Assembly: GCA_050300615.1 (NCBI GenBank)
Contig: JBNKYB010000041.1
Span: 6,814 to 70,813, forward strand
Reading direction: 5' to 3'
DNA from: Flavobacteriaceae bacterium
GTDB lineage: Bacteria; Bacteroidota; Bacteroidia; Flavobacteriales; Flavobacteriaceae
DNA: 64,000 nucleotides
The notes under the pieces were generated by a model. It saw nothing but the letters and a program-made list of their open reading frames with translations, ran no database searches and had not been told where the DNA came from. The position numbers were made by a program, and so were the translations under genes. Below are positions 8,238 through 17,962 of the stretch, piece after piece. Each line of letters starts with the position of its first letter. Within the stretch, counting starts at the first letter, position 1.

Positions 8238-10490
8238 TCATTTTAGGGTATACCTCAAACCAAAAAACAACCGCCTACCTTGGTTGGGCGCATAAATATA
8301 ACCAGGGTCAAACGTTAAAGCATACGGGTTATCTGTCGTTTGAACCGCATTTCCATCATTGTCAAAAACCACGTTTTCATCAAAAGGGTCATTTGCCCTA
8401 GCAATGATAAAGGGGTTTCCTTTATTGGGAGTCCAGTTCAATAGGTTTTTAACACCGCCATAAAACTCAAAATTTGTTAAACCGTTATAAGTGAGTTGAA
8501 TGTTTTGAATACTCCAAACAGGAGATTCAGGCTTTCTTGGATCTAGATCGCCCAAAAGAGGTAATCGCATAGGTCCATAAATGTTACCTGTATAATCCAA
8601 TGTAAAATCGTAATTGAAATTTCTATATGAAACAGCCCAAGTTCCAGAAAACTTTTCGGTTAGTATTTGTTGCTCTTTAACACCATTGGTTTTTTGAGAC
8701 ACATCTTGCAAAGTAAATCCTGCCAATGCTTTAAAATTAGCAGATATTAAGGCATCTAAATTAAAGCTTAGGCCTAAACTGGATGCGCCTCCTTTTAAAT
8801 TGGTATAAATAACTTGGTTTGGATTGGTATCATAATCGGGTAAAATGGCATTGGTAAAATAAGTGTACCAAGCAGAAGCGTCAATACCAATAATCATATT
8901 GTTTTTGGTATATAGTTTTTTTAGGTAATTAAGGTTTATGTTATAGGATCTTTCAGGTTTTAATTCTTCTTCTATTACGACGTCTCTCGCACCATTTAAT
9001 GCAGCATGCTCCTCAGCAAACAGATTTACAACTCTAAAACCTGTTCCTGCGTTTAATCTGATAACATCGTCTTGTGTAGGTTTGAATTTATAAGCTAATC
9101 TTGGAGTGAATATATTACCATGTCTTTTATCATAGTCATACCTTGCACCAAGTAAAAGTTTGTTTCTTTCATTTAGGCTTATTTCATCTTGAACAAAAAC
9201 AGAAGGAATTAAAATTTTATCGGCTTTCTTTGTAACCGTGGTATTATCATTGTAGTAGTTGTAACGTCCTGCCATACCAAACAGCCAGTCATGGTTTAAA
9301 GTTGAAACGTCCCATGTTAATTGGCCAAACCCAATACGCTGTTGGGCTAAAAACAACGAGTTTCCATAAGCTGAATTTTGGTCATGATCAGAATACGAGA
9401 AATTAAACATTATATTTTCTTTCACGGGCAATTGATATTTTCCAATTAGCTCATATCTAGTGGTGTAAATGCTTTCGCCATAAACGTCGCTTCCACCTCT
9501 ATCATTAGGAGTCCATTGCATTTCGCCACCCCATCTGTCTTCATAAAAAAAACGTCCAGCGATAGATAATACCTTATGGGTTTTTCTATTAAAATCCCAT
9601 TTTTGAAACATCGAAATGCGGTCTTGCAATGTAACATCGGTAAAATTATCATTATTGTTATCAATAGGGTTTGAGTAATTAAAATAATTGACACCAAAAA
9701 GCACATTTGTCTTTTCTCCAACCCTTGCCTTAAAGCCTAAATCAACATTTAGTTCTTGCCAATCTGTAGCATACACATCTGTAAAAACTAAAGGAGCATT
9801 TTCTGGTATTTTTGTAATAACATTAATGAGACCGCCAACGGCTTCACTACCATATAAAGAAGATGCAGGCCCTTTTACTATTTCCACTTGTTCAATCAAA
9901 GAACTTGGGATTCCAGAAAGCCCATACACAGTAGAAAGTCCACTTACAATAGGCATCCCGTCAATTAGCACTAAAGTATAGGGGCCTTCTAAACCATTAA
10001 TATGGATGTCTCCAGTGTTGCAAACACTACAGTTAATTTGTGGTCTGACTCCATTTACGGACTGTAAGGATTCAAAGATATTGGGGGCTGGATTTTTTTT
10101 CAAAAAGGTTGTTGAGTACACTTCTACAGGAACTGGGCTTTCCAGTCTGTTTACAGGTTTCAGGGTTGCTGTTACAACAATCTCATCCATTAGCTCTACT
10201 TCTTGTAAGTTGATGTTGACTATAATATCTTGTCCTTTTAAAGAAACAGGTTTCTGAAACGACTTAAAACCTGTATAAGACGCTATTAATATGTAATCTC
10301 CTTCAGGCACATTTTCAATGACGAACTCACCATTTTCTTGACTAATTGAGCCAATTTTTGTACCTTTTAAATACACGTTTACATAAGCTAACGATTCGTT
10401 ATTGGTCGTGATTTTGCCAGATATATTAAAAGTGTTTTTAGCATTTAAGAGGCTTGAAAAAAACATAAATAAAACAATAAAGTATCTCAT
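8238..10490 (-). CDS. TonB-dependent receptor with N-terminal carboxypeptidase-regulatory-like domain
   Basis: 750 aa. Signal peptide, CarbopepD_reg-like segment (GKITTNN...VPEGDYILIASYTGF), plug (IVKGPASSLYGSEAVGGLINVITK) and a beta-barrel ending RYTLK. Confidence 0.9.
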   Translation of the reverse strand: MRYFIVLFMFFSSLLNAKNTFNISGKITTNNESLAYVNVYLKGTKIGSISQENGEFVIENVPEGDYILIASYTGFKSFQKPVSLKGQDIIVNINLQEVELMDEIVVTATLKPVNRLESPVPVEVYSTTFLKKNPAPNIFESLQSVNGVRPQINCSVCNTGDIHINGLEGPYTLVLIDGMPIVSGLSTVYGLSGIPSSLIEQVEIVKGPASSLYGSEAVGGLINVITKIPENAPLVFTDVYATDWQELNVDLGFKARVGEKTNVLFGVNYFNYSNPIDNNNDNFTDVTLQDRISMFQKWDFNRKTHKVLSIAGRFFYEDRWGGEMQWTPNDRGGSDVYGESIYTTRYELIGKYQLPVKENIMFNFSYSDHDQNSAYGNSLFLAQQRIGFGQLTWDVSTLNHDWLFGMAGRYNYYNDNTTVTKKADKILIPSVFVQDEISLNERNKLLLGARYDYDKRHGNIFTPRLAYKFKPTQDDVIRLNAGTGFRVVNLFAEEHAALNGARDVVIEEELKPERSYNINLNYLKKLYTKNNMIIGIDASAWYTYFTNAILPDYDTNPNQVIYTNLKGGASSLGLSFNLDALISANFKALAGFTLQDVSQKTNGVKEQQILTEKFSGTWAVSYRNFNYDFTLDYTGNIYGPMRLPLLGDLDPRKPESPVWSIQNIQLTYNGLTNFEFYGGVKNLLNWTPNKGNPFIIARANDPFDENVVFDNDGNAVQTTDNPYALTFDPGYIYAPNQGRRLFFGLRYTLK

Positions 10491-10578
10491 TTGTATTTTA
10501 GATTGATTATAGGTTTTGGCAAATATACTATTTTTATTAAGTCTAAATAAGAATAAAATTATTTTTTTAAATCACCAA

Positions 10579-10594
10579 TTTAGGTGAGGCTAAA
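10579..10594. promoter_or_regulatory. candidate DtxR/MntR-type operator in the divergent TBDR / regulator intergenic region
   Basis: TTTAGGTGAGGCTAAA: palindromic arms TTTAG/CTAAA. The 19 nt from 10580 match about 13/19 of my recalled DtxR consensus TTAGGTTAGCCTAACCTAA. Lies 53 nt upstream of the regulator ATG. Confidence 0.3.
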
Positions 10595-10646
10595 AATATT
10601 TTTACATATAAGTAAATATGTGTACATTTGAACCTATTTTTATAAT

Positions 10647-11300
10647 ATGGTTACATTATCTGAAGAAAATTATTTAAAGGCTATTTATCATTTAGGTAAA
10701 CAAGGAAAGGAAGCTGTTAGCACAAATGCCATTGCTGAGCATATTGAATCGAAAGCGTCCTCAGTAACCGATATGATTAAAAAATTAGCTTCTAAAAAAT
10801 TAGCTAATTATATTAAATATCAAGGTGTTAGTTTGACCGAAGAAGGTAGGTTAGCTGCTGCATTAGTTATTAGAAAACATCGCCTTTGGGAAGTGTTTTT
10901 AGTAAATAAGCTTAACTTTTCTTGGGATGAGGTTCATGAAATAGCCGAACAGTTAGAGCATGTTAAATCATTGCAGTTAGTTAATAAATTAGATGCTTTT
11001 TTAGAGTATCCAACACACGATCCGCATGGCGATCCAATTCCTGATAAAGATGGAAATTATTCACCTATAAAAAGCATTAATATTTTAGAAATAGGAACCG
11101 GAAAAGAAGGTGTTCTGTCATTTGTAAAAGATTCTTCAGATGTGTTTTTAAGATATTTAAATAAAAACAATTTGGCTCTTGGAGATACCATTAAAGTATT
11201 AGACTTTGAGCCTTTTGATAATTCTTTAACGATAGAAACAACCACTAAAAAGATGATCATTTCAAAAGAAGTGGCGCAAAATTTATATTTAAGCGTGTAA
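10647..11300 (+). CDS. DtxR/MntR-family metal-dependent transcriptional regulator with C-terminal FeoA/SH3-like domain
   Basis: 217 aa. N-terminal wHTH (SEENYLKAIYHL...VSTNAIAEHIESKASSVTDMIKKL). Metal/dimerisation region (RKHRLWEVFL...HEIAEQLEH...HDPHGDPIP). Confidence 0.85.
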   Translation: MVTLSEENYLKAIYHLGKQGKEAVSTNAIAEHIESKASSVTDMIKKLASKKLANYIKYQGVSLTEEGRLAAALVIRKHRLWEVFLVNKLNFSWDEVHEIAEQLEHVKSLQLVNKLDAFLEYPTHDPHGDPIPDKDGNYSPIKSINILEIGTGKEGVLSFVKDSSDVFLRYLNKNNLALGDTIKVLDFEPFDNSLTIETTTKKMIISKEVAQNLYLSV

Positions 11301-11301
11301 G

Positions 11302-12324
11302 ATGAATACATACAATCCCATATCGGCATTAATTCTGTTTTTTGTTATTGCAGTATTGCTTTTTGCTTTGTTCAGACCAATAAAAGGTTGGTTTTGGATT
11401 CTGAAAAAGAATTTTACAAGCAATGAGAAAACCATTATTGAGGACATTTTAAAACAGTTATATCATTTTGAAAATTCAGGAAACCGAGTGGATATGAAAA
11501 CCTTGGTTCAAGTTTTGGATTTTAATAATAATAGAATAGTTGAAGCCATAAAAAAAATGACGATTAACGATTTGATATATTTTGAATCAGATATCTTAAA
11601 GTTAACAGATACAGGTAGAGAATATGCGCTTCGTATTGTACGGGTGCATAGATTATGGGAGCGCTATCTGGCAGATAAAACAGGGTTTAATAAATCTGAA
11701 TGGCATGATAGAGCAGAGTCGATGGAACACCTTTTAACCCATGACGAAGCAGAGCAATTGTCAGTTCGATTGGGTAATCCTAAATTCGATCCACACGGAG
11801 ATCCTATTCCAACTAAAACAGGAAAAATGGCTCAAGTAAACGGAGTGGAATTACCCTTATTACCTGTAAATTCTATAGGGAGAATAACTCATATAGAAGA
11901 TGAACCGGAGGTTATTTACAAACAAATTATTGCCGAAAAAATTCACATAGGCTCCCTTGTAAGAGTGGTTGAAAATAATGCTACGCGTATTGTATTTTTA
12001 TCAGAAGGCGAGGAATTTAAATTAGCACCTATTGTAGCGGCTAATTTAACCGTAGCACCTATTGAAAAAGAAGTTGTTGTTGAAGATAATATTGCAAGAT
12101 TATCAAGTTTAGATGAACATGAAACGGCAAAAATTATTGGGATATCAAAAGAAAGTAGAGGGGAAAGCAGACGACGCTTGTTAGATTTAGGCTTTGTAAA
12201 AGGTGCTGATATTAGTATCGATCTTATGAATCCGTTAGGCGAGCCTCACGCTTATTTAATTAAAGGAACGTCGATTGCATTGCGAAAAGATCAAGCGGCA
12301 AAAATTCTTATTAAAAGAGATTAA
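11302..12324 (+). CDS. membrane-anchored DtxR-like dimerisation domain fused to two FeoA domains
   Basis: 340 aa. N-terminal TM helix (ISALILFFVIAVLLFALF), RVHRLWERYL...FDPHGDPIP, then two FeoA-like SH3 modules. Starts 1 nt after the upstream stop. Its own stop lies 3 nt before the FeoB-N start. Confidence 0.7.
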   Translation: MNTYNPISALILFFVIAVLLFALFRPIKGWFWILKKNFTSNEKTIIEDILKQLYHFENSGNRVDMKTLVQVLDFNNNRIVEAIKKMTINDLIYFESDILKLTDTGREYALRIVRVHRLWERYLADKTGFNKSEWHDRAESMEHLLTHDEAEQLSVRLGNPKFDPHGDPIPTKTGKMAQVNGVELPLLPVNSIGRITHIEDEPEVIYKQIIAEKIHIGSLVRVVENNATRIVFLSEGEEFKLAPIVAANLTVAPIEKEVVVEDNIARLSSLDEHETAKIIGISKESRGESRRRLLDLGFVKGADISIDLMNPLGEPHAYLIKGTSIALRKDQAAKILIKRD

Positions 12325-12327
12325 ATT

Positions 12328-13092
12328 ATGGATACGAAAGTAAAAAGTGCTTGCGAGACTTGTGCTCATTTTAATGCAGAAGGTTTAAAAAAATTAGGAA
12401 TTCATACAGACGATTTTAATTTTGTAGTGGCTTTAGCTGGCAACCCTAATACAGGAAAAAGCACAGTTTTTAATGCTTTAACAGGACTGCGACAACACAC
12501 AGGAAATTGGCCTGGTAAAACAGTAACCAGAGCAGAGGGTGGTTTTGAATACAATACACAAAAGTTTAAATTGGTAGATTTACCAGGAACGTATTCATTG
12601 CTTTCAACGTCTGAAGACGAAGAGGCTGCTAGAGATTTTATTTTGTTTGGAAAACCTGATGTTACCGTTATTGTGGCTGATGCCAATAGGTTAGAGCGTA
12701 ATTTAAATTTAGTTCTTCAAATTTTAGAAATTACAGATAAAGCAGTATTGTGTTTAAATTTAATGGATGAAGCTAAGCGAAACCATATTTCTATAGACGA
12801 ACGAACATTGGCTCGCGATTTGGGAATACCGGTGGTTCCAACGAGTGCTCGGTTTAATAAAGGAATACCAGAACTTATTCAAACAATTAGTGATATTGCA
12901 AACGGGACTATTGTATGTAAACCACATCGTATAAAAAGTGTTCCTGATAACATAGATAAAGCAGTAAAAAAATTAACAACCGAGATTGAGAAAGAATTTC
13001 CCGGTATTCCTAATAGCCGTTGGATTGCCTTTAGGTTACTTGAAGGGGATACTCAAATAATTAATGCGTTAAAATCAGGCGAACTCGTTTAA
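12328..13092 (+). CDS. FeoB N-terminal GTPase (G-domain plus helical domain) as a separate polypeptide
   Basis: 254 aa. G1 [10 protein letters not shown]3 DLPGTYS, G4 NLMD. Ends at TAA before any membrane segment. Confidence 0.9.
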   Translation: MDTKVKSACETCAHFNAEGLKKLGIHTDDFNFVVALAGNPNTGKSTVFNALTGLRQHTGNWPGKTVTRAEGGFEYNTQKFKLVDLPGTYSLLSTSEDEEAARDFILFGKPDVTVIVADANRLERNLNLVLQILEITDKAVLCLNLMDEAKRNHISIDERTLARDLGIPVVPTSARFNKGIPELIQTISDIANGTIVCKPHRIKSVPDNIDKAVKKLTTEIEKEFPGIPNSRWIAFRLLEGDTQIINALKSGELV

Positions 13093-13102
13093 ATTTTTTC
13101 AA

Positions 13103-14521
13103 ATGAACAAAAAAAATATCGATTCTATTATTGAATTGTCTAACGAATTACGTTGGCAAATAGGAGATGATTTTCACGATAATCTAACAGAAAGTATTTA
13201 TGCAGATGCTTCAGAAATTGTAAAGGATAACGTGCAATCTGACACGTCTAATAAACGATTTCGGTTAGATGCAAAAATAGATAAGATTGTAACTAGCAAA
13301 ACATTTGGGTTTCCTATTATGTTTTTAATTTTAGGAGTAGTCTTGTGGCTAACTATTGTTGGAGCAAACTATCCCTCATCTTTATTAGCAGAATTACTTT
13401 TAGACACTATTCATCCAGCATTAAAAAGCGGAGCAGCCAGTATTAATATGCCATGGTGGCTATCTGGGTTTTTAATTGATGGTGTTTATTTGGCGGTAGC
13501 ATGGGTTGTAGCGGTTATGTTGCCCCCAATGGCTATCTTTTTCCCCATGTTTACATTACTTGAAGATTTTGGGTATTTGCCCCGTGTGGCGTTTAATTTG
13601 GATGCCTTATTCAAAAAATCAGGAGCTCATGGAAAACAAGCGTTAACTATGAGTATGGGGTTTGGATGTAATGCGGCAGGGGTGGTAGCAACACGAATTA
13701 TTGATAGTCCCAGAGAACGCTTAATAGCCATTATTACTAATAATTTTTCGCTTTGTAACGGGCGGTGGCCAACACAAATATTAATTGCAACTATTTTTAT
13801 AGGAGCTGTTGTTCCTAAGTCATTATCTAGTTTAGCATCGTTATTAGCTGTTATCGGTATAGCTGTTTTGGGTATGGCGTTTATGTTTACTGTATCGTGG
13901 GCATTATCAAAAACAGTTTTAAAAGGAGAAGTTTCTACCTTTAATTTAGAATTACCCCCTTACAGACCACCTCGCTTTTGGAAAACTATTTACACTTCAT
14001 TAATAGATAGGACCTTAATTGTATTATGGCGTGCTGTGGTATTTGCGGCTCCTGCTGGAGCAGTTATTTGGTTAATCTCTAATATTTATATTGGTAACGA
14101 AACTATCGCCGCTTGGGCTATAGATTCGATGGATGGTTTTGGATTTCTTTTAGGATTAAATGGCGTTATATTACTGGCTTATATTGTGGCCATTCCTGCT
14201 AATGAAATAGTAATTCCCACCATTTTAATGCTAACGGTTTTGGTTACAGGAACTTCAGGTGGAGCAGGAGCAGGAGTTATGTTTGAATTAGACTCTATGA
14301 ATGCTACAGGCGATTTATTAAGGGCAGGAGGATGGACGCTGTTAACTGCGGTTAACTTGATGTTATTTAGTTTATTACATAATCCATGTAGTACCACCAT
14401 TTATACCATTTATAAGGAAACAAAAAGTTTAAAATGGACTGTTTTTGCATCAATAATGCCAGTCATTTTAGGGTTTGTGGTTACGTTTTTGGTAGCACAA
14501 ATCTGGAGACTTATATTTTAA
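13103..14521 (+). CDS. FeoB C-terminal membrane (gate/nucleoside-recognition) domain as a separate polypeptide
   Basis: 472 aa, polytopic. [26 protein letters not shown] and GFGCNAAGV motifs match the FeoB core. Own ATG 10 nt after the G-domain stop, in a different frame. Confidence 0.9.
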   Translation: MNKKNIDSIIELSNELRWQIGDDFHDNLTESIYADASEIVKDNVQSDTSNKRFRLDAKIDKIVTSKTFGFPIMFLILGVVLWLTIVGANYPSSLLAELLLDTIHPALKSGAASINMPWWLSGFLIDGVYLAVAWVVAVMLPPMAIFFPMFTLLEDFGYLPRVAFNLDALFKKSGAHGKQALTMSMGFGCNAAGVVATRIIDSPRERLIAIITNNFSLCNGRWPTQILIATIFIGAVVPKSLSSLASLLAVIGIAVLGMAFMFTVSWALSKTVLKGEVSTFNLELPPYRPPRFWKTIYTSLIDRTLIVLWRAVVFAAPAGAVIWLISNIYIGNETIAAWAIDSMDGFGFLLGLNGVILLAYIVAIPANEIVIPTILMLTVLVTGTSGGAGAGVMFELDSMNATGDLLRAGGWTLLTAVNLMLFSLLHNPCSTTIYTIYKETKSLKWTVFASIMPVILGFVVTFLVAQIWRLIF

Positions 14522-14535
14522 AAAGAAGAAAGTTT

Positions 14536-14670
14536 TTAATGGCACCCACAATCATCATTACCACAAACTTTTTTAGAGTTCTTTTTTTTCAGGAAAAACT
14601 TTGTAATTAAAAATCCTAGAGCTAAAATTAGCGCCGTAATTGCTAAGATATTTTGGATTAATGGATTCAT
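14536..14670 (-). CDS. FeoB-associated Cys-rich small membrane protein (44 aa; not in the ORF track)
   Basis: Own translation: MNPLIQNILAITALILALGFLITKFFLKKKNSKKVCGNDDCGCH. One TM helix, a basic stretch and a C-terminal CGxxDCGCH tail, as in the family found downstream of feoB. Confidence 0.7.
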   Translation of the reverse strand: MNPLIQNILAITALILALGFLITKFFLKKKNSKKVCGNDDCGCH

Positions 14671-14717
14671 AATTATACAGTCGTTTTTATGAGCGATATT
14701 TTACAAAAAAAATAGGT

Positions 14718-16817
14718 TTATTTTAAAACCTGAAATGCAATAAGGGCTACAACATAAGCAAAGCCACTCATGATAATTAATTGTAGCATAGGCCATTTCC
14801 AGCTATTTGTTTCTTTTTTAACAACCGCTAGTGTACTCATACATTGCATGGCAAATGCATAAAACAATAAAAGTGAAATTCCAGATGCAAAATTAAATAA
14901 AGGTCCACCAAGGATGGGGTTTATTTCGCCTGCCATTCTGTTTTTAATAGTTTCTTCTTGATCACTACCAACACTATAAATCGTGGCTAATGTTCCAACA
15001 AAAACCTCTCTAGCCGCAAAGGAACTTACAATAGCAATTCCTATTTTCCAATCGTATCCTAAAGGACGTATTGCAGGTTCAATAGCACGTCCTGTTAAAC
15101 CAATATAAGAATGCTCAAGTTTATAAGAAGCTATTTTTTGATGTAATTCTTCAGAACTTAAATTTTGGTTGGCATATTCTTTTTTAGTAATGGTTTCGGC
15201 ATTATTAAAGTTTTCACCCGGCCCATAGGAAGCTAAAAACCATAAAACGATAGAGATAGCTAGAATGATTTTTCCAGCACCAAACACAAAAGCTTTTGTT
15301 TTTTCTAAAACCGTAATCGCTACATTTTTTATAAGAGGCAATTTGTAATTGGGCATTTCAACAACAAAAAATGTTTTGCTTTTTATTTTTAGTACTTTAT
15401 TTAAAATATAGGCTGATATAATGGCCGCTAAAAATCCAATAAGGTATAAAAACATGAGAGTTAGCGCTTGGTAACCAAGACCAAAAATACGTCCTTCTGG
15501 GATGACTAGAGAAATGATGATTAAATATACTGGAAGCCGTGCAGAACAAGTAATAAAAGGCGTTACTAAAATGGTTATTAGACGTTCTTTCCAGCTTTCA
15601 ATATTTCTGGTGGCCATAATGGCGGGAATGGCACAAGCGGTACCCGAAATAAGAGGTACAATACTTTTTCCGCTTAACCCAAAACGGCGCATAATTCTAT
15701 CCATTAAAAATACCACTCGGCTCATATAGCCACTTTCTTCTAGTACGGAAATAAACAAGAATAAGAACGCAATCTGGGGAATAAAAATAATAATACCGCC
15801 AAGACCAGGAATAACGCCTTCGGCAAGCAAATTAGTAAAAGCACCTTGTGGCAATTGGGTTTTTGTCCATTCGCTTAAGAAGGCGAACGTATTATCGATA
15901 AAATCCATGGGCACACTAGACCAATCGTAAATGGCTTGAAAAATAGTAAGTAAAATCACAAAAAATATGACATAACCCCATATTTTATGAGTGATAATTC
16001 TATCAAAACGCATTCTTAAATCTTTGGCACTCGCAACATCAATAGTTTGTCCTTTTTTAAGAACATCATTTATAAATTGATAGCGTTTTATCGTTTCTTT
16101 TTGTTGTAACCGTTTTAAATCTGCTTTGCTTTTAGTTTTAAAATTAGCAACCGCATCGATTTCATTTCTATCTGCTTTACCAAAGTTTACATCTTGAGTA
16201 ATAACAAGCCAAAGTTTATAAAGAAGTTGGTTTGGGAAAGCTGTTTTTAAATTTTCAAAATAATTTTTGTCAATTTCAGAAAGGTCTATACAATGGTTTA
16301 TTGAAAGCTCTTTATAGTTGGCAATTAAACTTTTAAGCCTATCTATACCTTGTTTTTTTCTGGTGCTTACTAAAGCAATTTTAGTTTTAAGGCGTTCTTC
16401 AAGATAGTCTAAATCCAGAGAAATTCCTTTATATTCCATTCTATCAGCCATGTTAATGACTAAAATAGTAGGTATTTCTAGATCCTTAATTTGTGTGTAA
16501 AGTAATAGGTTTCGTTTTAAATTTTCAACATCGCTTACTACTACAGCAACGTCGGGAAAATCCTTGTCGTTTTTATTTAAAAGTAATTCAATAACTACAT
16601 TTTCATCAAGCGAAGAAGCGTTTAAGCTATACGTTCCGGGTAAATCAATAATATGTGCTTTAACGCCACGAGGCAGTTTACAAATGCCTTCTTTTTTTTC
16701 AACCGTTATGCCTGGGTAATTACCAACCTTTTGGTTTAAGCCTGTTAGAGCATTAAAAACCGATGTTTTTCCGGTATTAGGATTTCCTATTAAAGCAACA
16801 TTTATTTGTTTACTCAT
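14718..16817 (-). CDS. feoB: ferrous iron transporter FeoB (full length)
   Basis: GNPNTGKTS, DLPGTYS and NMAD G-motifs plus a polytopic gate domain. I prefer the ATG at 16815-16817 (MSKQINV), which overlaps the feoA stop, over the TTG start used by the track (16823). Confidence 0.95.
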   Translation of the reverse strand: MSKQINVALIGNPNTGKTSVFNALTGLNQKVGNYPGITVEKKEGICKLPRGVKAHIIDLPGTYSLNASSLDENVVIELLLNKNDKDFPDVAVVVSDVENLKRNLLLYTQIKDLEIPTILVINMADRMEYKGISLDLDYLEERLKTKIALVSTRKKQGIDRLKSLIANYKELSINHCIDLSEIDKNYFENLKTAFPNQLLYKLWLVITQDVNFGKADRNEIDAVANFKTKSKADLKRLQQKETIKRYQFINDVLKKGQTIDVASAKDLRMRFDRIITHKIWGYVIFFVILLTIFQAIYDWSSVPMDFIDNTFAFLSEWTKTQLPQGAFTNLLAEGVIPGLGGIIIFIPQIAFLFLFISVLEESGYMSRVVFLMDRIMRRFGLSGKSIVPLISGTACAIPAIMATRNIESWKERLITILVTPFITCSARLPVYLIIISLVIPEGRIFGLGYQALTLMFLYLIGFLAAIISAYILNKVLKIKSKTFFVVEMPNYKLPLIKNVAITVLEKTKAFVFGAGKIILAISIVLWFLASYGPGENFNNAETITKKEYANQNLSSEELHQKIASYKLEHSYIGLTGRAIEPAIRPLGYDWKIGIAIVSSFAAREVFVGTLATIYSVGSDQEETIKNRMAGEINPILGGPLFNFASGISLLLFYAFAMQCMSTLAVVKKETNSWKWPMLQLIIMSGFAYVVALIAFQVLK

Positions 16818-17046
16818 GTACAATTTTTTTAATTAAAACATGAATAGCGGTCTCCTTTCTAATAGCTAAATGTGTTCCGTTAATGTTTAAGTACATGGGA
16901 TCTTGAAAAGGAGCAACTTGGACAAGCTCTACATAGTTTCCAGGTAAACAACCCATTTCTAGGAGTTTTAATGGAATATGAATAGATGATACATCTGTAA
17001 TGACACAGCGTTCTCCGCGTTTTAAATTTGCTAAATTGTCTTCCAA
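16810..17046 (-). CDS. feoA: FeoA
   Basis: 78-aa SH3-like protein (LKRGERCVITDV...LEMGCLPGNYVELV...). Translationally coupled to feoB. Confidence 0.85.
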   Translation of the reverse strand: MEDNLANLKRGERCVITDVSSIHIPLKLLEMGCLPGNYVELVQVAPFQDPMYLNINGTHLAIRKETAIHVLIKKIVHE

Positions 17047-17118
17047 GCTTATTTAGATTGATTTTAAAGAAGCAAAAGTAATGTAAAATTTCAGGCTAAA
17101 AAAATAGTTAACAAAAAA

Positions 17119-17793
17119 CTATTGGGTGTATTCTTGTTTTAGAATTTTTATATCATCCATTAAACGGTCAATATCTTCAGGATTGGTGCCATCGTAAAAC
17201 CCTCTAATTTGACGCTTTTTATCTATTAGCATAAAATTTTCGGTATGAACCATATCAAACGGGCCACCGTCACCAGTAGTTTTAACTGCCAAATAACTTT
17301 TTCGTGCCAATTCATAAATTTGTTTCTTATCTCCAGTGACTAAATTCCATTTGCTATCATCTACACCCTTCTCGATAGCATATTTTTTTAGTTGCGCCAC
17401 ACTATCTATTTCTGGAGTTACCGAGAAAGAGAGTAACATGACATCATCATCATTCTTAATTTTGTCTTGAATAGTAGCCATATGGTTTGTCATAATAGGG
17501 CAAATAGTTTGACAGGTGGTAAAAAAGAAATCGGCCACATAAATTTTATTGTTATAATCATTTTGGGTGATGGTTTTCCCATTTTGATTTGTAAGCTTAA
17601 AATCGGCTATTTTATGATATTTTTTTTGATATTGAATGGTGCTATCAACCAAATCTGTACTTACCATAGCAGGTTGATATATAGGAAGCGGTTGGTACAC
17701 ATTTAGTTTGTTATAAATAATAGAGATAATAATTATAGAAATAATTAAAAAAACAATGGCAAACTTTTTATAGCCTTTAAAAAATGACAACAT
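17119..17793 (-). CDS. SCO1/SenC-family copper chaperone / thiol-disulfide protein
   Basis: 224 aa. N-terminal TM helix, thioredoxin fold with CxxxC (FFTTCQTICP) and a downstream His (MVHTENF). Confidence 0.85.
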   Translation of the reverse strand: MLSFFKGYKKFAIVFLIISIIIISIIYNKLNVYQPLPIYQPAMVSTDLVDSTIQYQKKYHKIADFKLTNQNGKTITQNDYNNKIYVADFFFTTCQTICPIMTNHMATIQDKIKNDDDVMLLSFSVTPEIDSVAQLKKYAIEKGVDDSKWNLVTGDKKQIYELARKSYLAVKTTGDGGPFDMVHTENFMLIDKKRQIRGFYDGTNPEDIDRLMDDIKILKQEYTQ

Positions 17794-17962
17794 GTGTTAA
17801 AAAATAAGATTCAACTTGTAGCAAAAATACAATGAAATTTGTATACATTAAATTTTAAGCCTATTTAAATTATTGTTAAAAGGAATGTCGAAATAGAATT
17901 GGTTTTTTAAAGTTGGTTTAAAAGCGTACTTTTGTGCGATTAAAAAAATTGATTAACAATAT

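Noticed and set aside
12328-14521. Split FeoB interpreted as a frameshifted pseudogene
   Set aside because: The G-domain ORF ends at a clean TAA after the complete helical domain. The permease ORF has its own ATG 10 nt later and a full N-terminal cytoplasmic segment. No truncated motifs were seen. A homopolymer error near 13093-13125 cannot be excluded without reads, so this check is listed in the finding.
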